Of a stretch of 64,000 bases of DNA, positions 11,638 to 23,347 are shown one piece after another. The notes beneath the pieces were generated by a model, which saw only the letters and a program-made list of their open reading frames with translations, did no database searches and had not been told where the DNA came from. The stretch is taken from the IMG/VR virus record IMGVR_UViG_3300049043_000188, positions 56,673-120,672 of that record. The stretch is one strand, 5' to 3'. How positions within the stretch are numbered: the first letter of the stretch is position 1; every line of letters starts with the position of its first letter. The position numbers and the translations under genes are program-made. The DNA comes from a virus.

Positions 11638-12836
11638 ATGTCTCGTGGAGATTTACAAGAAATGGAAGTAGGCACTAAGCAATCCAAAACTGCTGTGAAT
11701 GCAAATTCTAAAGCAGGAGACGCAATGCCAAGTCTTTCTGGCGCAACACCAGGTCAAACAGGAAGTTGGGAAGATCTTGGAGGACCTGACCCTTCTAACT
11801 ATCGTCCAGATGATGATTCAGCAAAATTAAAAACACCTGGATCAACTCTTAAGCAAGTTAAAGATGTTGTAAACAAGGGTGCTAAACCTGCAATGTCAAT
11901 GCCTGGTGGTATGAAGGAAGATTATGAGGAGGATGAAGAACTGCTAGAAGGTAGAGAAGAAGAGGAAGAGGAAGAAGAAGAGGAAGAAGAAGAGGAAGAA
12001 GAAGAGGGTGGAAAAAAACGTGCTAAGAAAATGAACGAAGCCGTAAAATGAAAAAAGATAAGGAAGAAGAAGAGGAAGAAGAGGAAGAGGAAGAGGAAGA
12101 AATGGAAGAATCTTTTGACATCGAAGAAGATGTCAATGCTCTTCTGTCAGGTGAGGATCTCTCTGAAGAGTTCCAAGAAAAAGCACGCACTATCTTCGAA
12201 GCTGCTCTTATTTCAAAGGTTGCTCAAATTAAAGAAAATCTTGAAGAGCAATATGCTTTAGCACTTGAAGAAGAGGTAGAAGAAATCAAATCTCTTCTCC
12301 ATGATCGTGTAGATGCATATCTTGAGTATGTTGCTGATGAGTGGATGCAAGAAAATGCACTCGTCATTGAAAATGGTCTTAAAACTGAAATGACTGAATC
12401 CTTCCTCTCTGGAATGAAGGATCTTTTTGAAGCACATTATGTATCAATCCCTGAAGATAAATATGATGTTCTTGAGAGCATGGTAGAAAAACTTGATGAC
12501 ATGGAAACAAAACTCAACGAGCAAATTGAGAAAAATGTTTCCCTAAACAAGCGTCTCGCAGAGTCGGTTGCTGAAGGAATCTTTGAAAAAGTCTCTGAGG
12601 GCCTTGCTGCTACTCAGAAAGACAAGCTCGCTTCACTTGCCGAAAGTGTTGAGTTTGAAAGTGAAGAAGAATATCGTGAAAAATTGGAGATGCTTAGAGA
12701 ATCATATTTCTCTGGCACAAAAACTCCAAAAGCAAAGTCTGAAAGTCTATCAGAGCAAGTAGACAGTTCTCCTGAAAATGTTTCAGGAACAATGGCTGCT
12801 TATCTTCAGACTCTCAAAGCAGTTGCTAAAAACTGA
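11638..12836 (+). CDS. gp22: prohead scaffolding protein (frameshift at about 12048 between poly-Glu tracts)
   Basis: LSEEFQEKARTIFEAA, VDAYLEYVADEWMQEN; located between gp21 and gp23. Confidence 0.93.
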
Positions 12837-12888
12837 ATTTAATATTAATCAAACCCAAAAAACACACTTAGTAAAAAGGTAAACGCAA

Positions 12889-14319
12889 ATGTTCCATTCA
12901 GAACAATTGCAGGAAAAGTGGGCACCTCTCCTCAACTATGAGGGTCTTGATCCAATCAAAGATTCTCATCGTAAAGCGGTAACCGCCGTCCTGCTAGAAA
13001 ACCAAGAAAAATTTTTAAGAGAACAGGCTCAATTTGAATACGGCTCGATGCACAACCTTATGGAAGCTCCAACCAACAGCGGTAACGCTGCTGGTGCTTC
13101 AGGTGCATTTGGAGGCACTTCTGCTGCTGGTGGTCCTACCGCAGGTTTCGATCCTGTACTAATCAGCCTCATTCGTCGTTCAATGCCTAACCTGATCGCA
13201 TATGATCTGGCTGGTGTTCAACCAATGAGCGGTCCTACCGGACTCATCTTTGCGATGCGTTCACGTTATCAGAACCAATCTGGAACTGAAACGTTCTACA
13301 ATGAAGTAGATTCGGCATTCTCTGGTGAAGATGCTGGATTTGATGTTACTGGCGGATTCGCTGATTCTGCTGCTGGTATCGGTACAACAGCACAGTCTGG
13401 AACCAACCCTTCAGTTCTTAACCCTGTTGGTACTGCAACCTCAACCGCTTATAATGTTGGTTCAGGTATGGCAACAGGTGATGCTGAAAACCTTGATGGC
13501 ACCACAACTAGTGCATTCAACCAGATGGCATTCTCAATTGAGAAAGTCACTGTTACTGCAAAGTCACGCGCTCTGAAGGCTGAGTACTCACTTGAACTCG
13601 CTCAAGACCTTAAGGCAATCCACGGTCTGAATGCTGAAGCGGAATTAGCAAACATTCTCTCAACTGAGATTCTTGCTGAAATCAACCGCGAAGTTATCAG
13701 AACCATCTATAAGGTTGCTGAGCAAGGTGCTGTTCAGAACGTTGCAACTCCAGGTATCTTCGACCTCGATGTTGACTCCAACGGTCGTTGGTCAGTTGAG
13801 AAGTTCAAGGGTCTTCTGTTCCAAATTGAAAGAGATGCAAACGCAATTGCACAAAGAACTCGTCGTGGGAAGGGCAACATCGTCCTTTGCTCTGCTGACG
13901 TTGCTTCGGCATTGACAATGGCTGGTGTTCTTGATTACACCCCAGCATTGAATGCTAATCTGTCCGTTGATGATACTGGCAACACTTTTGCTGGTACTCT
14001 GATGGGCAAATTCCGTGTCTATATTGACCCATATGCAGCTAACTTGACTGCAGGTAATGCAACTCCTGGTAACCAGTATTATGTTGTTGGTTATAAGGGT
14101 GCTTCTCCTTATGATGCAGGTCTCTTCTACTGCCCATATGTTCCTCTCCAAATGGTTCGTGCCGTTGGTGAGAACTCCTTCCAGCCTAAGATTGGCTTTA
14201 AGACCCGTTATGGTCTTGTTGCTAACCCATTTGCAGAAGGAACCACTCAGGGTCTTGGAAGACTTCTTGTTAACGCTAACCGCTACTATCGTAGAGTTGC
14301 TGTTAAAAATCTGATGTAG
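12889..14319 (+). CDS. gp23: major capsid protein
   Basis: GVQPMSGPTGLIFAMR, KSRALKAEYSLELAQDLKAIHGL, FQPKIGFKTRYG. Confidence 0.99.
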   Translation: MFHSEQLQEKWAPLLNYEGLDPIKDSHRKAVTAVLLENQEKFLREQAQFEYGSMHNLMEAPTNSGNAAGASGAFGGTSAAGGPTAGFDPVLISLIRRSMPNLIAYDLAGVQPMSGPTGLIFAMRSRYQNQSGTETFYNEVDSAFSGEDAGFDVTGGFADSAAGIGTTAQSGTNPSVLNPVGTATSTAYNVGSGMATGDAENLDGTTTSAFNQMAFSIEKVTVTAKSRALKAEYSLELAQDLKAIHGLNAEAELANILSTEILAEINREVIRTIYKVAEQGAVQNVATPGIFDLDVDSNGRWSVEKFKGLLFQIERDANAIAQRTRRGKGNIVLCSADVASALTMAGVLDYTPALNANLSVDDTGNTFAGTLMGKFRVYIDPYAANLTAGNATPGNQYYVVGYKGASPYDAGLFYCPYVPLQMVRAVGENSFQPKIGFKTRYGLVANPFAEGTTQGLGRLLVNANRYYRRVAVKNLM

Positions 14320-14340
14320 AAATTTGCTACATCAGATTTT

Positions 14341-14368
14341 AGAGGGTCCTTTTGGACCCTCTTTTTTA
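14341..14368 (+). terminator. Rho-independent terminator after gp23
   Basis: AGAGGGTCC-TTTT-GGACCCTCT hairpin followed by a T-run. Confidence 0.9.
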
Positions 14369-14387
14369 TCTAAATATTTAAAAAAAG

Positions 14388-14942
14388 ATGGCAAAAGCAT
14401 CACAGATAGAAAATAGAAATTTTCTATCTCCTACAGGATTCAAATTTATATTGACAAGATTTCCCAAAGTATCATTTTTTTGCAATGAAGCAAATATCCC
14501 TGACATTACTTTAGGAATTGCAAATCAACCATCATATCTAAAAGATATTGATATTCCCGGAGATAAAATTGTTTTTGGTGATTTAAATATAAGATTTTTG
14601 GTTGACGAAGATTTAGAAAATTACAATACAATTCAAAATTGGATTCGTGGTTTAGGATATCCTGAAAAATTAAGTCAATTTGCAGATCTTAATAATGCGG
14701 AAGCATATGGGGGAGCAAAATATGTTCAAAAAGGACTTAACATTTATTCAGATGCAACATTACAAATATTAAAAAGCAGCAAAATTGCAAATTTTCAAAT
14801 TAAATTTAGTGATATTTTTCCATATAGTTTAAGTACTCTTGCATTTGATGCAACTCAAACAGACGTTCAATACTTTACAGCAGACGTAGGTTTCAAGTAT
14901 ACTATCTACAATATACTCGATTTAAGTGGAAATCCACTATGA
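14388..14942 (+). CDS. gp3: tail completion / sheath stabiliser
   Basis: NRNFLSPTGFKF, LNIRFLVDEDLENY; standard position after gp23 in cyanophages. Confidence 0.88.
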   Translation: MAKASQIENRNFLSPTGFKFILTRFPKVSFFCNEANIPDITLGIANQPSYLKDIDIPGDKIVFGDLNIRFLVDEDLENYNTIQNWIRGLGYPEKLSQFADLNNAEAYGGAKYVQKGLNIYSDATLQILKSSKIANFQIKFSDIFPYSLSTLAFDATQTDVQYFTADVGFKYTIYNILDLSGNPL

Positions 14943-15369
14943 CTCTTGACCTTGACAAAATTCAAGAAATGTGGGAAAAGATTCAAAAATAGATCCAGAT
15001 AATTTACATACAGAATCTTTAAATATCCCAGTTCTTCATTCAAAATATTTTGAACTTTATAATACTATTTTTCTTTTAAGAAAAAAAGCAGAACAGCAAA
15101 AAGAAATATTCGACACGAACGCTATGAATATTATTCTGGAAAATCAGATCCAGAAGTTTATGTAGAAAATCCCTTTCCTAAAAAGATCCGTGATAAAGAT
15201 ACGATGCAAAAATATCTTGATGCAGATGAAAAACTTTCTTCAATATGTTTAAAAATAGATTATTATGATACGATGCTTACTTACATTGAAAGTATTCTCA
15301 AAATGATACAAAACAGAACATATCAAATTAAAAATTCAATTGAGTTTATGAGATTTAATGCTGGACTAG
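14939..15369 (+). CDS. uvsY: recombination mediator UvsY (two frameshifts, likely read errors)
   Basis: LDKIQEMWEKDSKID..LHTESLNIPVLHSKY..RYEYYSGK..NRTYQIKNSIEF. Confidence 0.85.
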
Positions 15370-15402
15370 GGTAAATAAATATCTGTAAATGAATGAAAAT
15401 GT

Positions 15403-16887
15403 GTGAGTGATAAAACAGCAAATCTCATAATATCAAAATCAAACGAAGTATTTCTTAAAATTAAAACAGAACCTCATATCGAATATGAGTTAAGAGATCA
15501 TTTTAAGTTTGATGTTCCAAATGCAAAGTTTATGCCACAATATCGTGGCAGAAATTGGAATGGAGAAATTCATTTATATGATATGAGATCTAAACAAATT
15601 TATGTTGGATTGTTGGATAAAATTATTGCTTTTTGTAAGCAATATAACTATACTTACGAATTTGAAGAAAATAAATTTTACGGACAACCTTTTGAGATTA
15701 ATGAAGGAATATCTCTAGAGGGTGTTAAAGATTATATGCAATCTATTTGCGTTCATATTCCTCGGTCGTATCAAGTAGAGGGAGTATACGATGCATTAAG
15801 ACATAATCGAAAGTTATTGATAAGTCCCACTGCATCAGGCAAATCTCTGATGATTTATTCGTTAGTGAGATACTATGTTGATAGGAACGAAAAAATACTT
15901 TTAGTTGTTCCCACGACAAGTCTGGTAGAACAAATGTATAAAGACTTTCAGGATTATGGTTGGGATGCTGAGACATATTGCCACCGAATTTATTCGGGAA
16001 GAGAAAGAACAAATGAATATCCAGTTACAATTACGACTTGGCAATCAGTATATAAACTAGAACGTTCATTCTTTGAAGACTATGGTGTGATTATAGGTGA
16101 TGAAGCACATTTATTCAAGAGCAAGTCGTTAATACAAATTATGACTAAACTTCATCATGCAAAATATCGTTTTGGATTTACTGGAACTTTAGATGGAACA
16201 CAAACTCATAAATGGGTTCTGGAAGGATTATTTGGCCCATCATACAAAGTCACAAAAACGGATGAACTTATGCGTCAAGGGCATCTTTCCCAACTCGATA
16301 TTAGATGTTTAGTTCTTAAACATTCTCCACAAAGATTTGAAACTTATGAAGATGAAATACAATATTTAATTTCTCACGAACAAAGAAATAAATTTATACA
16401 AAATCTTGCATTAGATTTAAAAGGAAATACTTTAATTCTTTTTTCGAGAGTAGAAGCACACGGAGCAATACTCTATGAAAAGATAAATAATAATGCAAGT
16501 GATAACCGTAAAGTATTTTTTGTTCATGGTGGTGTCGATGCAGAAGAAAGAGAATTAGTCAGAGAAATTACTGAAAGAGAAAACAACGCAATTATTGTTG
16601 CTTCTTATGGAACTTTTTCTACTGGTATCAACATTAAAAATCTCCATAATGTTATCTTTGCCTCTCCAAGTAAATCAAGAATCCGTAATCTTCAAAGTAT
16701 TGGACGAGTTCTTAGAAAAGGAAAAGATAAAGTAAAAGCAACACTTTATGATATTGCTGATGATTGTACGTATAACTCAAGAAAAAATTATACTTTAAAT
16801 CATTTCATTGAAAGAATTAAAATTTATAATGAAGAGAACTTCAATTATGAGATAATCACTATACAACTTAAGAAAAATGGGAATTGA
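15403..16887 (+). CDS. uvsW: SF2 DNA helicase UvsW
   Basis: SPTASGKS, GDEAH, QSIGRVLR. Confidence 0.96.
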   Translation: MSDKTANLIISKSNEVFLKIKTEPHIEYELRDHFKFDVPNAKFMPQYRGRNWNGEIHLYDMRSKQIYVGLLDKIIAFCKQYNYTYEFEENKFYGQPFEINEGISLEGVKDYMQSICVHIPRSYQVEGVYDALRHNRKLLISPTASGKSLMIYSLVRYYVDRNEKILLVVPTTSLVEQMYKDFQDYGWDAETYCHRIYSGRERTNEYPVTITTWQSVYKLERSFFEDYGVIIGDEAHLFKSKSLIQIMTKLHHAKYRFGFTGTLDGTQTHKWVLEGLFGPSYKVTKTDELMRQGHLSQLDIRCLVLKHSPQRFETYEDEIQYLISHEQRNKFIQNLALDLKGNTLILFSRVEAHGAILYEKINNNASDNRKVFFVHGGVDAEERELVREITERENNAIIVASYGTFSTGINIKNLHNVIFASPSKSRIRNLQSIGRVLRKGKDKVKATLYDIADDCTYNSRKNYTLNHFIERIKIYNEENFNYEIITIQLKKNGN

Positions 16888-17269
16888 AGAAGATTTTTAT
16901 GCAACAGTTAAATTAAAAACGGGAGAGGAAATCTTTGCCAAAGTGGCAGCTTCTGAAGAAGAAGATCGTACAATGTTAATTGTTTCAAATCCTGTAATTG
17001 TATCTGAAATTAAAAATAGTAAATATGGTGTTGTTGGATATAAATTAGAACCCTGGTTAAAAACAACAACAGAAGATTTATTTTTAATTAAATTAGAAGA
17101 CGTACTTACAATGACAGAATCTTCTGATATTGATATGATTATGATTTATCAAACTTATCTTCGTCAATCAAATAAAGAAGGAAATCATTCAAAATTAAAT
17201 CGCAGAATGGGATACCTTTCAAATGTAACGGATGCTAAAGAAATCTTAGAGAAAATCTTTAAGTTATAG
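16877..17269 (+). CDS. conserved cyanophage hypothetical protein
   Basis: 130 aa, FYATVKLKTGEEIFAKV; located between uvsW and gp55. Confidence 0.8.
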   Translation: MGIEEDFYATVKLKTGEEIFAKVAASEEEDRTMLIVSNPVIVSEIKNSKYGVVGYKLEPWLKTTTEDLFLIKLEDVLTMTESSDIDMIMIYQTYLRQSNKEGNHSKLNRRMGYLSNVTDAKEILEKIFKL

Positions 17270-17301
17270 CTAATACATTCCTTTCAACCTCCACAAAGGT
17301 T

Positions 17302-17330
17302 ATTGTACATACTTTTAGACACCTTGTCAA
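17302..17330 (-). promoter_or_regulatory. overlapping antisense sigma70 promoter (TTGACA-17-TACAAT)
   Basis: Reverse complement of tgtcaa (17325-17330) and attgta (17302-17307), 17-nt spacer. Confidence 0.55.
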
Positions 17331-17352
17331 GCATTTCTGAAAGTGTTATAAT
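17324..17352 (+). promoter_or_regulatory. sigma70-type promoter for gp55 (TTGTCA-17-TATAAT, with TG extended -10)
   Basis: -35 at 17324-17329, -10 at 17347-17352, 17-nt spacer. Confidence 0.75.
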
Positions 17353-17377
17353 CTCTACATAATAATGATAAAAACTA

Positions 17378-17874
17378 ATGATAACCACAGCAGTTATGAC
17401 CAAAAGAAAGAGGTCAGAGCATTACGTTAATAACAAAGAGTTTCTTGCAGCACTTGATTAAGTATCGTGAAGACATAGAAATTGCACAACTCCAAGATAA
17501 ACCAAAACCACCAATTCCCCGTTATATTGGTGAGTGCTTCTTGAAGATTGCAAATCATCTTTCCTTTAAACCAAACTTTGTGAACTATATGTTTAAGGAA
17601 GATATGATTTCTGATGGTATTGAGAACTGCGTCCAGTATATTCACAATTTTAATCCAGAGAAGTCACAAAACCCCTTTGCTTACTTTACACAAATTATTC
17701 ACTATGCTTTTCTTCGTCGTATTCAGAGAGAAAAACGTCAGTTAGAAATCAAAAACAAAATTCTTGAACGTTCAGGGTTTTCTGAAGTATTTGACGACAA
17801 CAGTATTGACGGATCTAACTATAGCGATTATAACTACTATAAAAGATAATATCCATCAAAAACTTAGATACTGA
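17378..17874 (+). CDS. gp55: late-transcription sigma factor (frameshifts)
   Basis: EHYVNNKEFL, YIGECFLKIANHLS, NPFAYFTQII..AFLRRIQREK. Confidence 0.95.
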
Positions 17875-18915
17875 ATGAAAGTTGCTATTATTACTGACCA
17901 GCACTTTGGAGCAAGAAAGAATTCAAAACTCTTTCATGATTATTTTCTAAAGTTTTATAATGATGTATTTTTTCCTACTTTGTTGAAGGAAGGAATTACC
18001 ACAGTTGTGGACATGGGTGATACTTTTGATAGCCGTAAAGGTATTGATTTCTCTGCTCTTTCCTGGGCAAAAAATCATTATTATGATACCTTAGAAACTA
18101 TGGGCGTTAAAGTTCACACAATTGTTGGGAACCACACTGCGTATTATAAAAACACTAATGAAGTAAATGCTGTAGATTTATTGCTTCGTGAGTATGATAA
18201 TGTAACTGTATATTCTAACCCAACAGAAGTAATGTTGGGACAATTGCCCGTATTGTTCATTCCATGGATTAATCAAGAGAACGAAGAAAAAACACTTAAG
18301 TTAATTCAAAAAACTAAAACAAACGTTGTAATGGGACACCTTGAACTTCAAGGATTTCGAGTGAATAAACAACTTGTGATGGAACATGGATTGGAAAGTA
18401 AAGTTTTTGATAAATTTAAACTTGTTTTTTCAGGACACTATCATACTCGTTCTGATAATGGAACAGTTTTTTATCTTGGAAATCCATATGAAATGTTCTG
18501 GAATGATGTGAATGATGAAAGAGGATTTCATCTTTTTGATACTGAAACCTTAGAAAAAACTGTAATCAATAATCCTTATCGTTTGTTTTATAATATTTAC
18601 TATGAGGATACTGATTATCAAACTTTTGATACAAGAGAATATGAAAATAAAATTGTAAGAGTAATTGTCCGCAAAAAAACAAATGTTAAAAAGTTTGAAA
18701 AGTTTATTGATAAGTTGTATGCTTCCGCAATTGCAGAATTAAAAATTGTTGAAAACTTTGCAATTCCTGAACTTGAAAATTTTGAAGCATTTGAATCGGA
18801 AGATACTCTGTCTATTTTGAATAGATATGTTGAGGAGGCAGAAATTAATCTTGATAAATCAGTCGTTCAAAAAATGATTCAGGAAATATATCAAGAAGCT
18901 TGTGAGTTAGTCTGA
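17875..18915 (+). CDS. gp47: recombination endonuclease subunit (Mre11/SbcD-like)
   Basis: DQHFG, GDTFD, GNH, GHYH metallophosphoesterase motifs. Confidence 0.96.
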   Translation: MKVAIITDQHFGARKNSKLFHDYFLKFYNDVFFPTLLKEGITTVVDMGDTFDSRKGIDFSALSWAKNHYYDTLETMGVKVHTIVGNHTAYYKNTNEVNAVDLLLREYDNVTVYSNPTEVMLGQLPVLFIPWINQENEEKTLKLIQKTKTNVVMGHLELQGFRVNKQLVMEHGLESKVFDKFKLVFSGHYHTRSDNGTVFYLGNPYEMFWNDVNDERGFHLFDTETLEKTVINNPYRLFYNIYYEDTDYQTFDTREYENKIVRVIVRKKTNVKKFEKFIDKLYASAIAELKIVENFAIPELENFEAFESEDTLSILNRYVEEAEINLDKSVVQKMIQEIYQEACELV

Positions 18916-19187
18916 TGTTTATTCTAACGATTCATGGTAAAGAAAAAGAAGGTGCATATTCAGTAAGAGATGATGAAGGAGAGCAAATCATTTATCTTTT
19001 TGAAGAAGAAGATGATGCAACAAGGTATGCTATGATGTTAGAGGAAAATGGATATCCTGAAATGCATGTCATTGAGATTGAAGATGATTTGATGATAAAA
19101 ACTTGTGAAATGCATGATTACAAATATACTGTAATCACCGCAAATGATATTGTAATTCCTCCAGATACTGATTATGATTATTTTTAA
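18915..19187 (+). CDS. conserved cyanophage hypothetical protein
   Basis: 90 aa, LFEEEDDATRYAMML; located between gp47 and gp46. Confidence 0.8.
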   Translation: MFILTIHGKEKEGAYSVRDDEGEQIIYLFEEEDDATRYAMMLEENGYPEMHVIEIEDDLMIKTCEMHDYKYTVITANDIVIPPDTDYDYF

Positions 19188-20888
19188 AACTATACGATGG
19201 AAGAATTTTCTTTCAACCGGCAATCAATACACGGAAGTTGATTTTACTCAAAATTCTACTAATTTGATTATTGGTACAAATGGTGCTGGAAAGAGTACAG
19301 TATTGGATGCTCTTACGTTTTCTTTGTTTGGAAAGCCATTTCGTAAAATTAATAAACCTCAACTGGTTAATTCAGTAAATGAAAAAGACTGTAAAGTTGA
19401 GGTTGAGTTTTCTATTGGTTCTACTGAATGGAAAGTTATAAGAGGAATTAAACCTGCTATTTTTGAAATTTGGAGAAATGGATGCTGCGCTGGATCAGTC
19501 TGCTGCAGCGTTGGATCAGCAAAAGTGGTTGGAACAAAATGTTCTTAAAATGAACTATAAGTCTTTTACTCAAATTGTTATTTTGGGTAGTAGTACTTTT
19601 GTTCCTTTTATGCAACTTTCTGCTGCTCATCGTCGTGAAGTCATTGAGGATTTACTTGACATTAAAATCTTTTCTTCTATGAATGGTTTGATTAAAGAAA
19701 AGATTCGTTTGGTAAAAGATGATATTAAAGTTTTGGAACTGAAAAAGGAGTCTTTCCTTGATAAAGTTAAAATGCAGAAGAATTTTATTGAAGAACTTGA
19801 AAGTCGTGGTAATGCAAATATTAATTCCAATAAAGAAAAAATTGTTGGTCTGGATAATGAAATTGGTAATTATAATCGAGAGAACATCTTCTATGGAAGA
19901 ACCTCTTCGTAAATATATTCAAGAGCAAGATAAACTTACTGGATACGCAGAGAAACTTCGCAAATTGATAAATTTAAAAGGCAAAATATCTCAAAAAGTT
20001 TCTACGATAACTGAAGAGCATAAATTCTTTACGGAAAATACGGTGTGCCCCACTTGCACACAAGAAATTGATGATGAGTTTAGAATAAATAAAATTGAAG
20101 ACGCTCAAAATAAAGCAAAGGAGTTGCAATCTGGTTATCAAGAACTGGAGGAGGCAATTAAAGAAGAGGAAGAGAGAGAGCGTCAATTCACTATATTATC
20201 AAAAGAAATTAAAAACCTCACAGATGAGATTTCTCAAAACCACATTAAAATTTCTGGGTGTAGAAGACAGATTAAAGATCTTGAATTTGAAATTCAAAAA
20301 ACTGCCGAACAACTTAAAAACAGAAATACTGAACATGAAAAATTAGAATCTTTTAAAGACAATTTAAAAACCACATATGATGATCTTGGTTCTAAAAAAG
20401 ATTTGATTAATTATTATGATTTTACTTATGGATTGCTTAAAGATAGTGGAGTTAAATCCAAAATTATCAAGAAGTATCTTCCTCTAATTAATCAACAAGT
20501 TAACCGTTATCTTCAAATGATGGATTTCTACATCAACTTTACTCTTGATGAGGAATTTAACGAAACCGTCCAGTCACCCATTCACGAAGACTTTTCCTAT
20601 GCTTCCTTTAGTGAAGGAGAAAAAATGAGAATTGATTTATCACTTCTTTTTACTTGGAGAGAAGTTGCAAGAATGAAAAATTCTGTAAATACAAATCTTT
20701 TGATTATGGATGAGGTGTTTGATTCTTCACTTGATGGATTTGGAACTGAAGAGTTCCTCAAAATTATTCGTTATGTGATTAAAGATGCAAATATCTTTGT
20801 CATTTCTCATAAGACTGGACTAGAGGACAAATTTGAAAGTGTCATAAAGTTTGAGAAAGTTAAAGGATTCAGTAGGATGGTTGTATAA
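19174..20888 (+). CDS. gp46: recombination ATPase subunit (Rad50/SbcC-like; frameshifts at about 19480 and 19880)
   Basis: GTNGAGKST, zinc hook CPTC, FSEGEKMRID, MDEVFD. Confidence 0.96.
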
Positions 20889-20964
20889 GTGACACAAGAA
20901 AAAGACTGGATGGATAAATTGGTTGATAGAATAAGTGATTGGATGGATTCTCTCACAGAAAAAG

Positions 20965-21171
20965 ATGAACAAACCAAACTGGCAACACAATTCGGGGAAA
21001 CCTCAAAAAAGAAAACTGAAACCTCAAGCACTGAGGCAAGCTAAAGCACGACTTGCCCAATTTAAAAAGCGTCACATGGGTCGTCCAAAAGGCGACCTTT
21101 CGTCGTATTATGGGTTTATACAAAAGAAAACCGATGTCTGTCCGTCACGAAATCAAATCTCAACTTGCTAA
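20965..21171 (+). CDS. small basic hypothetical protein
   Basis: MNKPNWQHNSGKPQKRKLKPQALRQAKARL. Confidence 0.55.
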   Translation: MNKPNWQHNSGKPQKRKLKPQALRQAKARLAQFKKRHMGRPKGDLSSYYGFIQKKTDVCPSRNQISTC

Positions 21172-23324
21172 ACTGCTTGCCACTGAAGACTTGGTGGTAG
21201 AGCATAAGAAAGTCTCTACTGCTTGCTTCAATGTTCATACTCGTGTTCTGACTCTGCCAATGTGGGAAAAGGCAAGCAACATCGTGTATGATTTGCTTGT
21301 TGGTCATGAAGTCGGTCACGCACTTTTTACTCCCGATGAAGACTGGTTGAAAGAATATAAGATTCCTCCTCAGTTTGTGAATGTGGTTGAGGATGCTCGC
21401 ATTGAGAAACTGATGAAGCGTCGTTATGCTGGACTTGCAAAGACATTCTTTACTGGTTATAAAGAACTGAACGAAGAAGATTTCTTCCAAATCAAAGACG
21501 ACAATCTGGAAACTTATAATCTTGCCGACCGTGCAAACCTGTGGTTTAAAATTGGCAATTATGTAAATGTGCCGATTAGTCGTGGTGAAGAAACGGAAAT
21601 TCTCAATCAAATTGCAGATGCAGAAACCTTTGCTGATGCTTTGATTGCTGCAGAAGAACTGTATAAGTATTGCAAGAAAGAAAAAGAGCAGCAGCAGAAA
21701 GTTGCTGACTTTGATTCTCACGAAACTCAAGGTGATTCTCAGTCTTCTACTAGTGAAATTGTGGAGAGTAATGACTCCTCTTCAGAGGAAGAAGGTGAGA
21801 GCAATAACTCCCAGGAAAAACTTGGAGAAACTGATTCCTATGGTGGGACTGCTGAGGGAGATTCAATTCCATCTAATTCTCAGGAAGAACCTGAAGTTCG
21901 CACAGCTGATTCTCTGGAAGACAAAATTCGTGATCTGATCAATCAAGATGGATATGAAAATGTTTATGTTGAGATTCCTCAATTGAATCTTGATACTGTG
22001 ATTGGTAAAAATTCAGAAGTTCATAAAGAGATTGATAATTGCTTTCGGCATCAACAAAAAATGTATGAGGAAAATTTGAAAAATAATTACAAACATTTGC
22101 CGATTGATAGTTTGTTTGAGAATGCTGATACTGAATTCAAAAAGTTTAAACTATCTGCCCAGAAGGAAGTGAACTATCTGGTGAAAGAGTTTGAGTGTCG
22201 TAAAGCAGCAGATTCTTATTCTCGTGCTACAGTTGCTCGCACAGGAGTTCTTGATACTTCCCGTCTTCATTCCTACAAATACACGGAAGATTTGTTTAAA
22301 AAAGTTTCAGTGATTCCTGATGGAAAAAATCACGGACTCATCTTTGTGTTGGATTGGAGTGGTTCAATGTCTCGTGTTATGCAAGATACTTGTAAGCAAC
22401 TCTTTAATTTGATTTGGTTCTGTAAAAAAGTTGCAATTCCATTTGAGGTTTATGCCTTCACAAATGAATGGCGCCGTGGCGAATATGACTATGAAACTGG
22501 AAACTATAGTGCAGCAGATCGTACTTCTCATTATGAAAAGAAAGAGGGTTTGATCTTGGTTGACGAAACTTTTGCTTTGATGAATCTTCTTACCAGTAAA
22601 GTATCTGGTAAAGAACTTGAGCATCAAATGCTTAATATCTGGCGTCTTGCTGGATGTTTTGGTGATTCTTATCACACTTCATACACCTATCCTACCCGAC
22701 TCTGTTTGTCTGGTACTCCTCTGAATGAGGCACTAATTTCTCTTCATCAGATTCTGCCCAAGTTTCAAAAAGAAAATAAACTTCAAAAAGTTCAATGTAT
22801 TGTTTTAACTGATGGTGAAGCAAATTTTCTTCCCTATCATGCCGAAATTAAACGTGGATATGATTCTCACACTTACATTGGATCTCGTAACATTAGTCCT
22901 AGTAAAACTTTTTTGCGTGATCGTAAACTTGGAACTACCTATAAGATTGATTATCAATATCATCAGTTTACTGATACTCTTCTTGACAAATTTGAAAGAT
23001 AAATTTCCTTCAGTAAACTTTATTGGTATTCGTGTTCTTGAAAGTCGCAATGCAAATCGTTTCATCAATCTTTATCATCTTACAAGTGATAAACAATATG
23101 AAAAAATCCAAAATGACTGGAAAAAACTGAAAAGTTTTACTATTACTAAGTCTGGATATGATGCTTACTTTGGACTTTCTGCAACATCATTGTCTCAAGA
23201 TAGTGAGTTTGAAGTTGCTGATGATGCTACCAAGTCTCAAATCAAGTCTGCTTTTGCTAAATCACTCAAAACTAAAAAACTGAATAAAAAAGTCCTTGGT
23301 GAGTTCATTTCTCTTGTTGTCTAA
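21134..23324 (+). CDS. CobT-like metallopeptidase / VWA protein (frameshift at about 22990)
   Basis: HEVGH zinc motif, NVVEDARIE, acidic linker, VWA MIDAS DWSGSM...GTPL...LTDGE. Confidence 0.85.
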
Positions 23325-23347
23325 ATACCTAAAAAGTACCTGCTGGA

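Noticed and set aside
11955-12110. (GAAGAG)n repeats in gp22 as a regulatory repeat array
   Set aside because: They encode the poly-Glu linkers usual in T4-like scaffold proteins.
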